From contig JAPLSO010000033.1 in assembly GCA_026398595.1 (NCBI GenBank), positions 25,028 to 89,027 on the forward strand: a DNA stretch of 64,000 nucleotides, given 5' to 3'. The notes below the pieces were generated by a model. It was not told the DNA's origin. It saw nothing but the letters and a program-made list of their open reading frames with translations, and did not search any database. The position numbers were made by a program, and so were the translations under genes. Shown piece after piece: positions 38,501 through 45,524 of the stretch. Position 1 is the first letter of the stretch; every line of letters begins with the position of its first letter. The stretch is from Spirochaetota bacterium. GTDB lineage: Bacteria; Spirochaetota; Spirochaetia; Treponematales; Rectinemataceae.

Positions 38501-38940
38501 AGCCCTATCTCGAACTGGATTATTCAGGCTACATCCCGGACAGCTATATCTCCATGCCTATGATCAAGATGGAGATCTACAAGAAAATCGCCTCCGTATA
38601 CAGGCAGGAGGAGCTGGATGGCCTCCAGGAGGATATGGAAAGCCGCTTCGGTCCCATGCCCGAGGAGGTCCAGTCCCTCCTCTCTCTCGCCGAGATCAGG
38701 GTCCTCTGCAGACGCCTTTCGGTTTCGACCTTAAGGGAGAGGGCGGGAGTAGTAACCATCGAGTTTTCCAAGGTTTCGAAGATATCGGTCGACAGGCTCC
38801 TGCGCCTCATCCGGGAGTCGAACGGCAGGGTAAAGCTCGACCCGCACCGGCCTAACGCCATCGTCCTCGCGACGAAAGCCATAGGACTGCGCGAGAAGAG
38901 CGAATACATTCGCGAGGGTCTCGCGTCTCTGGCTTCATGA
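35545..38940 (+). CDS. mfd: Transcription-repair coupling factor
   Basis: 1131 aa. CarD-like region GDCIVHINYGIGRF, helicase motifs ICGDVGYGKTEVA, DEEQRFGV, LTLTATPIPRT and QLKGRVGRS, plus a TRG region. Confidence 0.95.
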   Translation: MDRKEPQVLIDRIARLPAYTELEKRIRAATSEPIGVLDAENSYLSLIVASIRKRSGRPCAILLPTDAEAEDFVSDLAFWGIEAETLPWWRTAAYRPSAVHSKVFGRRASVLSRLVLGEVPVIVASHRAAGTPLPPPELLKASLVPLRRGDRVSPEGLADRLAAMGYLRVPRVALPGEFAQRGEVLDLFMPGDSFALRVQFGFDEIEKLTLFDAETQSGRDRLQSIVVRPLKEIIWTEERIALLEAAGEVYPGCRGRLGGLVEALRQSGEAPGEEIWYATALGGGSSILDYLVPECLVFEVNMERFQAQDESTRKEYAGLYRSAIRESPVPPPERCLVEYGSDLASRPGRILSYALKDKESSGRIGMGGEPARSFFGNIRYFREDLAHFDSLKTQTCIALSSEIQAERLTSLLPESEAILFVGELSAGFVVPALHLRIVQEHEIFGRRKRIPKSLSTVKSSIIDSFIELAPGDCIVHINYGIGRFASIERMKVLGNERDYIKIEYADAETVFVPIEQANLVQRYIGNEGESPRLDSLGSKSWDNRKKKVRKSVEELAVRLIRIYARRKAAKGFAFPKDGEWQTEFEASFPYEETIDQLKCIEDIKADMEAPKPMDRLICGDVGYGKTEVALRACFKAMMSGKQVAFLAPTTILAEQHFENFRERLQDYPIQVAMLSRLVDRKLQKKNLKGLADGSIDMIVGTHRILQKDVAFKELGLLVIDEEQRFGVKDKEKLKELKAGIDCLTLTATPIPRTLHMSMLKIRDMSILQTPPANRQSIQTYVEEFKPEVVAKAIRAEMERGGQVFYLHNRVESLPEIEYFIRSIVPEALTESAHGQMDPGELEDIMHRFIHGAFHVLVSTTIIENGIDIPNVNTIIIDRADFFGVSQLYQLKGRVGRSDREAYAYLLYPDKRSLSEIAMKRLQIISDFTELGSGFKIAIKDLEVRGAGNLLGREQSGDIYSVGFDLYLKLLDEAVNALSGSGPEEDEPYLELDYSGYIPDSYISMPMIKMEIYKKIASVYRQEELDGLQEDMESRFGPMPEEVQSLLSLAEIRVLCRRLSVSTLRERAGVVTIEFSKVSKISVDRLLRLIRESNGRVKLDPHRPNAIVLATKAIGLREKSEYIREGLASLAS

Positions 38941-39203
38941 TCTCCAGATCCTGAGCAAAGGACAAATCGCATCCCGGGACATCTATTGTAATGTCCAGAT
39001 TCGATTTATTGGAAGAGTTCACATCCCGGGGAATCTGTGCTAGGCCGGAGAAATCCTCTGGTTTTCTGCATTTTATTCTTCAAAAATCAACTCCTTCGTA
39101 AGCTGTCATGTGCTTCAGTATTGGATTTCCCCAGAACGGTAGGAACTTTTCTGAAAAGGTAGTAGGTGCGCCAAAACATGAAGACTTGGGGAATTAACAT
39201 TTG

Positions 39204-39233
39204 TTGACAGGAGATGAGTCGGAAGGCTATCAT
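39204..39233 (+). promoter_or_regulatory. Putative sigma-70 promoter TTGACA-N18-TATCAT
   Basis: A perfect -35 at 39204..39209 and TATCAT at 39228..39233, inside an A/T-rich intergenic stretch. If real, the ATG at 39214 lies within the promoter spacer and cannot be the start codon. Confidence 0.35.
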
Positions 39234-42200
39234 TCGAGCAAGAAATAACGATATCAGAATGCTGATGAAAAGGAATATCCAAATCATGCGGAACCCGAAA
39301 AGAATCATTTCCTTTTTGCTTGTATTGATGATAGTTTCCCCGCTTGCGGCATTTTCCGGCTCCGGTGCCGCCGCCGCTCAGGTCAATTACCGTAAGGCCA
39401 TTATCCTTGCGCGCGAGGCTCTCTGGCGTGATATCGATTCCGGGGCGGCCGGGAGCGCCTCCGTTGCCATCATGGACAACGGGAAAATCGTATACTCCGA
39501 GGCTTTCGGCATGGCGGACCGCGAGAAAGGCAAGCCGGTCGATCGCGATACCTTGTTCAACATCGGCTCGGTCAGCAAGGAATTCTGCGCGGTGGCGATC
39601 ATGTCGCTGGTGGACGAGGGAAAGGTCAGCCTCGATGCGCGCGTTGTGCGATATTTGCCGGAATTCACGATGGCCGATCCCCGATATAAAGACATCACTG
39701 TCAGGATGCTGTTGAATCACAGTTCCGGCATTCCGGGCACGAATTGGGCCAACGGGATGGGCTTCGCGCTTGATGCCGATTACCAGGCCGAGACACTGGA
39801 TTCGCTTTCGCGGCTGCATCTCAAGTTCGCTCCCGGCGAATTCTCGACATACTGCAACGACGGATTCACGTTGGCCGAGCTCGTCGTGGAACGCGTCTCG
39901 GGGAAGGATTTCATCGACTTCGTCTCGGAGAGGATATTGAAGCCCCTCTCGCTCGAGGACACCGGGCTCAGCATTGGCCTGTGGAAGGAAAAGCCCGGGG
40001 CCGCCTACTATGATCCGTCTTCCGGAAAAAAGGAACCGTCCGAGGTCGTTTCGATCCTCGCGGCAGGCGGCCTCGCTTCGACCGCCGAGGATCTCTGCCG
40101 CTTCGCCTATATGTTTTCCGGGGATGGGAAGCAGATCCTGACCGGCGCTTCCTTGGCGGAGATGCGAAAGGCGCAGCCTTCCGTCGAGAAGCGGGACTTT
40201 GGGGCTCCTGGCTGGCCTTTCGGCCTGGGCTGGGATTTGACCGAGCTCGCGCCCTTCGAGGAGAACGGTATACGGGTGCTAGGCAAAGGCGGCAACACTG
40301 GCTGCTATACCACCCAGATCCTGGTCGCTCCGGATCGGAAGCTTTCGGTCGCGATCGTCGAAGCGGGGGCGTTTCTTCCCGCCACCTACACCGCCATCAA
40401 GATTCTGGAAGCGTCCTTAGTGGAGAAAGGCGCTATGCCGGACAGGCAGGCCGCACCGCCTGAGCCGCAACTCTCGCCAGCCACGCCGTCCGAACCGCAG
40501 CCCATCCCTCCCGAATATGCCGATTTCAATGGCTATTATGCCGCCTCCGGCGCCATCATGAAAATGGGATTCGACTTCACGAAAAACCTGCTGGAAACGA
40601 CCCTGATCTATCAAGGTGTCGAAATACCCCGGCCAGCCTACACCTACCATGAGGGTGTGTTTCAGGGAAACGGGGGCGATCCCATACGCCTCATTAAAGC
40701 CCATGGCAAGCCATATGTCGTCACGAACTCCGTCTTTGGGCCTGAAATCGGGGGGCAAAGGCTGGAGGCGCTGGACAAACCCGTAAGGCTGGCGACGGAT
40801 ATAGACAAAAAGCTCTGGCTGCGACGCAACAGCGGCCCCTTCGAGGGGAGGTCCATGGCGCTGTTCAACCCCTTCGTGATTTCGCGCGCGATCCCGGCCC
40901 TGCCCGGCTATATCGATTTCGACGGCATCAAGAAAGTCCAATCGTCGACGACCGCCATTACCGCCGCGAACTACTCGCGGGACCAGACCGAGCTTTCGCT
41001 GGTCGATAAGGGAGGCCAGACCTGGGCCCTCCTCTCGTACAAATTGATGAGTCCCGCCGAAGTCACGCCATCGCTCAAGCGCGGCGATATGTCCCTGACG
41101 ATCGGCGTAGAGGGCTACAACGAATGGCTCATCGCCGGCGAGGACCTGAATTTGAGTTGTGGTAAACCGGAACGGGGCAGGGTCATCGTTTTCTCCCCGC
41201 AGCTTTCGCCCCTCTATGACAGCGCGATCGAGAATGGAAAAGTGCGGGTTGGCGCGGGCAGCTTGATCGAAGTGACAGGGATGCCCGGCAACGTGTTCGC
41301 CCTGAAGGCCGAGTCACCGCCCCTCTGGAGCCTGGATGATACCCTGAACACCTTCGAAATGCCCGATGTGGACGTTTCGCCCGACGGGAAGAAGGTGGCT
41401 TATACCGTATCCAGGACGGTAATGACCGATACGCAGAGCGCTTCCCTGATCCAGATATATTGTGCCGACATCAATGGCGAAAATACCGTTCAGTTGACCA
41501 AGGCTGATGGTTACTGCTACGGAGCGCAATGGTCTCCCGATGGAAAGCAGATAGCTTTTATGTCGGTTCAGTCGGGCAAAAATGAAATCTGGCTGGTCCC
41601 GGCGGCCGGGGGCGCAGCTGTCCAGCTCACCCATGTCGCCACGGGAGTGTACATGTACCGTTGGTCCCGCGACGGTACATTCATCAGCTATCTGGCGCCT
41701 GATCTTCCAGCCCAAGAGAAAAAGGGGGCACTTGTCCGGACGGGCGACGCGATTGTCGTCGATGAAAACGACCCGATGGTCCATATCTGGACCGTCTCGA
41801 CTCAGGGCAATCCATCAGGACAGCATGAGGCGCACCAGATCACCCATGGCGACTTCAGCGTCAGCAGTTGGGACTGGTCGCCCGACGGGGCATATCTCAC
41901 CTTCGCCCGCCAGGCCCACCTATTGCCGCTCTATGAGTATCCGACCACCATTTCCAGGCTGGAAATGGGAAGCGGCATTATCACCGATCTCGTTCCTCTC
42001 GTAGAACGGTCAAACTACAGTTCCATCAAGTATTCACCTGACGGAAACTGGATAGCCTATTCGACGAGCCATGCCTTCTTCAACCTGATGGATGTGTCCG
42101 TACTGCCTTCCTCGGGCGGGCAATCCCGCATCCTGGCCAAAGATCAGGACCAGAGTCTTCTGCTCAACTCCCTCGGGCTTCTCGGTTGGTCCCCGGACGG

Positions 42201-43257
42201 AAAATATCTCTATCTTTCCAATGTCAGGGGTACTAAAGTCGCCATAACCGCTCTGCCCGCGGATGGCGGGACAGCCCGCGACATACTAACGCGGGGCTAT
42301 ATCGCCGGCGGCAGGATGAACAGCAGCCAGTCGATGCTCGGCCTTGTGATGGAGGATTTTTCCACCCCACAGGAAGTGTATGCGGCGGCGCTTTCGGGGA
42401 ACGGGGATCTCGATCCTCGCCGAGCCAGCAAGCTCAATAAGAATGTTCCCCGGGAGAAAGCCTGGGAGTCGGAAGTTCTTCGATGGACCGCCCCGGATGG
42501 GTTGACCATCGAAGGCGTTTTGACCTATCCGGCCGGCGGCGAGCCGGGCAAGAAATATCCCCTTGTGGTGGAAATCCATGGCGGCCCCGCAGCCTCGTTC
42601 TTCCAGTATTATCCCGGCGGCCGGACCTGGCTCATCTCTCCCGCTGGGGCTCTCGCCTCCCAGGGCTTTGCCTTGCTCAGGCCCAATATCCGCGGTTCCA
42701 ACGGTTACGGAGCCGATTTCGTGAAGGCCAATTTCGGCGACTGGGGCGGGAAGGATTTTCAGGACATAGTGTCCGGGGTGGACTTCCTGATAGCCCAAGG
42801 CCGAGTCGATCCCGACCGCGTGGCCATCATGGGCCAAAGTTTTGGAGGATACATGGCTGCCTGGGCGGTGACCCAGACCGACAGGTTCGCTTCCAGCGTC
42901 ATGATCTCCGGGATGTCGAACCTCGTGAGCGACGCCGGCACCCTGGATATTCTCCACTATCTGCCAGACTATTTCGGCGCCTATTTTTGGGACGATGCCG
43001 AACTCTATCTTTCGCGGTCGCCTATCATGCATGTCCGGAACGTATCCACGCCCACGCTCATCCTGCACGGCCAGTTGGACCCGAGAGTGCCTCTAGGGCA
43101 GGCGCAGGAGTTCTACAATGCGCTCAAGCTGAGAAAGGTCCAGACGAAGATGGTCGTCTATCCCCGCGCGGGCCATTACCCGGGCGAACCCAAACAGCAG
43201 CGCGATATGTGGGAAAGGGAGATCGAATGGTTCAAGCGGTATTTCCCCGCCAAATGA
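39214..43257 (+). CDS. Secreted two-headed serine hydrolase: beta-lactamase-fold domain, uncharacterised beta-rich middle, beta-propeller and S9 prolyl-oligopeptidase domain
   Basis: Signal peptide RIISFLLVLMIVSPLAAFSG. N-terminal domain has SVSKEF (SxxK), YCN (YxN) and GKGGNTG. C-terminal part has SPDGK propeller repeats, then GQSFGGYMA (GxSxGG), HGQLDPRVP and PRAGHY. The maximal ORF is given. Likelier starts are 39259, 39265 or 39286. Confidence 0.8.
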   Translation: MSRKAIIRARNNDIRMLMKRNIQIMRNPKRIISFLLVLMIVSPLAAFSGSGAAAAQVNYRKAIILAREALWRDIDSGAAGSASVAIMDNGKIVYSEAFGMADREKGKPVDRDTLFNIGSVSKEFCAVAIMSLVDEGKVSLDARVVRYLPEFTMADPRYKDITVRMLLNHSSGIPGTNWANGMGFALDADYQAETLDSLSRLHLKFAPGEFSTYCNDGFTLAELVVERVSGKDFIDFVSERILKPLSLEDTGLSIGLWKEKPGAAYYDPSSGKKEPSEVVSILAAGGLASTAEDLCRFAYMFSGDGKQILTGASLAEMRKAQPSVEKRDFGAPGWPFGLGWDLTELAPFEENGIRVLGKGGNTGCYTTQILVAPDRKLSVAIVEAGAFLPATYTAIKILEASLVEKGAMPDRQAAPPEPQLSPATPSEPQPIPPEYADFNGYYAASGAIMKMGFDFTKNLLETTLIYQGVEIPRPAYTYHEGVFQGNGGDPIRLIKAHGKPYVVTNSVFGPEIGGQRLEALDKPVRLATDIDKKLWLRRNSGPFEGRSMALFNPFVISRAIPALPGYIDFDGIKKVQSSTTAITAANYSRDQTELSLVDKGGQTWALLSYKLMSPAEVTPSLKRGDMSLTIGVEGYNEWLIAGEDLNLSCGKPERGRVIVFSPQLSPLYDSAIENGKVRVGAGSLIEVTGMPGNVFALKAESPPLWSLDDTLNTFEMPDVDVSPDGKKVAYTVSRTVMTDTQSASLIQIYCADINGENTVQLTKADGYCYGAQWSPDGKQIAFMSVQSGKNEIWLVPAAGGAAVQLTHVATGVYMYRWSRDGTFISYLAPDLPAQEKKGALVRTGDAIVVDENDPMVHIWTVSTQGNPSGQHEAHQITHGDFSVSSWDWSPDGAYLTFARQAHLLPLYEYPTTISRLEMGSGIITDLVPLVERSNYSSIKYSPDGNWIAYSTSHAFFNLMDVSVLPSSGGQSRILAKDQDQSLLLNSLGLLGWSPDGKYLYLSNVRGTKVAITALPADGGTARDILTRGYIAGGRMNSSQSMLGLVMEDFSTPQEVYAAALSGNGDLDPRRASKLNKNVPREKAWESEVLRWTAPDGLTIEGVLTYPAGGEPGKKYPLVVEIHGGPAASFFQYYPGGRTWLISPAGALASQGFALLRPNIRGSNGYGADFVKANFGDWGGKDFQDIVSGVDFLIAQGRVDPDRVAIMGQSFGGYMAAWAVTQTDRFASSVMISGMSNLVSDAGTLDILHYLPDYFGAYFWDDAELYLSRSPIMHVRNVSTPTLILHGQLDPRVPLGQAQEFYNALKLRKVQTKMVVYPRAGHYPGEPKQQRDMWEREIEWFKRYFPAK

Positions 43258-43415
43258 GATTTTGCCGCTCCTTTTCGCGCTTACAGGAGAACGTTTTTAC
43301 CCGTTCGTCATTTCTTGGGATCGGGCGCAAACCGTCTTCTGACAGTTTTTCTGAATTCCGCCTGATACTTGATAAGAGATTGTTCTCGCGACCTTTCATA
43401 TAGAATTAAAAATTT

Positions 43416-43455
43416 TACCTTCTGGACTTGAACCAGCGACCTACGGATTATGAGT
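43416..43455 (-). other. Orphan tRNA-Met-like fragment (anticodon loop to T-arm only)
   Basis: The reverse complement CTCATAATCCGTAGGTCGCTGGTTCAAGTCCAG parallels E. coli initiator tRNA CTCATAACCCGAAGGTCGTCGGTTCAAATCCGG. No pairing 5-prime anticodon stem, D-arm or acceptor stem is present. Confidence 0.5.
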
Positions 43456-43484
43456 ACACAGCTTACTCTCGAGGCCTTGGCCCC

Positions 43485-44327
43485 CTAGGAGCCCTCGCTG
43501 GGCCGTACGGGTGCCCTCTTTCCGAAGAGGAAGACAGCGGGGAGTTTTCCGATCGTAGGAAGGGGAGCGGCCCTCCAGGCGCCGAGTGACCGGGAGTGGA
43601 TGAGTCGGCGGTCTCCATCGAGGTCGGCGGCTATGGCCAACCAGGCCGATTCGGGCAATACGGCGACGCAGTCCGCGAGGAGGGCGTCGTTTCTGTAGGG
43701 CGCTTCGATGAAGATTCGCGTTAGACCATCTTTCTGGAATTCGGTCGCCAGACGCATAAGCCTGGCCTTTCGCGCTGTGCGTTCGGCCGGAAGATAGCCT
43801 AGGAAGGTAAAGCTCTGCCCGGACAGCCCTGATGCGGCGAGGGCGAGGAAGATCGAGGAGGGCCCCGAGATAGGTACTACCTGAATCCCCCTTTCCTGAG
43901 CCTCGGCGACGAGGGCTGCCCCAGGATCGGCGATGCAGGGCATCCCCGCCTCGGAGAGAAGGCCGCAGTCCTGGCCTCCAAGCAGCGGTTCGAGAAGGCC
44001 GGCCAGGTCTGCCTCGACGCTGTGCTCATTTAAAAGGAGGAGCTTGAGCCTCTCCATTCCTTCCCTGTCCCTGAAACTCGAGAGGAGCCTGGCCGCGCTC
44101 CGTTCCGATTCCACGATGAAAGTCTCAAGGATCGAGAACAGCCGGAGTGCTTCGGCCGGAAGCTCGGCCGAAACGGACTCCTTCGACCAGAACGCGTCGG
44201 AGAAGGACCTCAAGGGAGTCGGCAGAAGGTAGAGTCTTCCGGGGTTGTTCTGTTCCTGGCGTTTCAAGAGTAAAGCCTCTCGAAGCTTTCCTCGACCAAG
44301 GCTGAGAAGACACGGCTGTCGAACCAA
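43485..44327 (-). CDS. RsmI-like (tetrapyrrole-methylase fold) SAM-dependent methyltransferase
   Basis: GRLYLLPTPL, LLSEAGMPCIADPGAALVAEAQERGIQVVPISGPSSIFLALAASGLSGQSFTFLGYLP and IFIEAPYR match the RsmI/COG0313 architecture. The start is uncertain because the ORF overlaps the upstream gene by 64 nt. Confidence 0.7.
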   Translation of the reverse strand: MVRQPCLLSLGRGKLREALLLKRQEQNNPGRLYLLPTPLRSFSDAFWSKESVSAELPAEALRLFSILETFIVESERSAARLLSSFRDREGMERLKLLLLNEHSVEADLAGLLEPLLGGQDCGLLSEAGMPCIADPGAALVAEAQERGIQVVPISGPSSIFLALAASGLSGQSFTFLGYLPAERTARKARLMRLATEFQKDGLTRIFIEAPYRNDALLADCVAVLPESAWLAIAADLDGDRRLIHSRSLGAWRAAPLPTIGKLPAVFLFGKRAPVRPSEGS

Positions 44328-45091
44328 TCAGGGCTGCCGAAGGCCTGTTCGTACTCGGCGACGAAGGCTCCCATCTCCTTTTTACCCGTGTTCCGCCGCC
44401 TCCCGCTCACGGTCATCTCGAGATCCTTGAGGCGAAAGGCCTTGACTCCCGAAAGCGCAAGCCTGAAATCCACGATTTTGTCGCCCGAAAGGTTGGCAAG
44501 GCAGACGAAACAGGCCCGATCGGGGGAGGGAAGGGAGGAGGAGCCGAGTTTTCTCAGAAAGACGAAGTTGTAGGAATAGATGGGGATACGTATCCGTGCG
44601 ATGAGGCTCGCCTCGGGCAGGTAAGGCCTTCCATCGGCACCGCAGAGGTGGGAGACACTCGCCCAGCGCGTTCCGCTCTCGGCTCTCAACTCGACCTGGG
44701 CTTCCATGCAGGAGAGAAGCGGCCAGAGGTCCATGAAGCCCCGCTTTACGCAGAGGTTTCCCCCCAGGGTCGCGCTGTTCCTGACGGCCGGGTTGGCGAT
44801 GGAGTGGATAAGGGAGGGAAGGGGCTCGGGAAGGATGCCCTTAGAGAGGGACAGAAGGCCAGTGAGAGTCGTACAGGCTCCCAGTTCTATAAACTGCTCC
44901 GTCCTCATTGTCTTCCTGAGTTCTGAGATCCGGCTGATGCAGGCCACCTGGTCCGCAAGATCGATGACCCTAGCTGTCTGGGTGCCCACGATTTCCGTTC
45001 CTCCCGCTAAAAGAAGGATCGCGGGGTTCGCCGAAAGGAGGGTGACCGTCTCCTGAATGGTCGATGGATAATGAATCTCACTTATTCTCAC
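44264..45091 (-). CDS. FAD-binding subunit of a xanthine-dehydrogenase-family molybdenum hydroxylase
   Basis: YPSTIQETVTLL...ILLLAGGTEIV and NSATLGGNLC are CO-dehydrogenase flavoprotein-type motifs. GTG 45091, preceded by agagga, gives 275 aa. The ORF-track start at 45229 would overlap the 2Fe-2S gene by ~150 nt. Confidence 0.75.
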   Translation of the reverse strand: MRISEIHYPSTIQETVTLLSANPAILLLAGGTEIVGTQTARVIDLADQVACISRISELRKTMRTEQFIELGACTTLTGLLSLSKGILPEPLPSLIHSIANPAVRNSATLGGNLCVKRGFMDLWPLLSCMEAQVELRAESGTRWASVSHLCGADGRPYLPEASLIARIRIPIYSYNFVFLRKLGSSSLPSPDRACFVCLANLSGDKIVDFRLALSGVKAFRLKDLEMTVSGRRRNTGKKEMGAFVAEYEQAFGSPDWFDSRVFSALVEESFERLYS

Positions 45092-45524
45092 GACTGTAGA
45101 TCCTCTTGTTTCGACCCACGGCCATCCTGGCGATGGCCGCGATGAGGGCATAATGATCCGTGCATGGACAATCCACCATGGAAAGCGCCTCAATGATCTC
45201 CGTTTCGCAAGGATTGGGGTTTTTGGCAAGGAGACCGTAGAGGACCAGCGCCTTGGCTTTTCTGCAGAAGGGACAGGGAGGCGATTCCATGGCGCTAAAA
45301 GCCGTCTCGATTTCCTGCGTTTCGGGGAGGGATGCTAGAGCCTCATAGCTCAGGATGACCGAGCCTCGAGCCTTGAAGGCGGGAACGAGGCAGGAGTAGG
45401 TGAGTCTGCCGTCCATGAAGACGAGGCAGCGGCCGCAGCGCCCCGCGAGACAGTCGGGCAGGAGACTATCCGATCGTGCCTGCAGATGCCTCGCTAGGCC
45501 ATTGACGGTTATATCGACGATCAT
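45078..45524 (-). CDS. [2Fe-2S]-binding small subunit of molybdenum hydroxylase
   Basis: CLAGRCGRCLVFMDGRLTYSC is the plant-type C-x4-C-x2-C-x11-C cluster. PCPFC ... DCPC is the second cluster, C-x2-C / C-x-C. 4-nt overlap with the large subunit gene. Confidence 0.75.
   Translation of the reverse strand: MIVDITVNGLARHLQARSDSLLPDCLAGRCGRCLVFMDGRLTYSCLVPAFKARGSVILSYEALASLPETQEIETAFSAMESPPCPFCRKAKALVLYGLLAKNPNPCETEIIEALSMVDCPCTDHYALIAAIARMAVGRNKRIYSRENK

Noticed and set aside
39115-43068. Minus-strand ORFs 39115..39819 (234 aa) and 42286..43068 (260 aa) inside the fusion-hydrolase gene.
   Set aside because: They are antisense to a frame carrying beta-lactamase and S9 catalytic motifs, and they have no motifs of their own.
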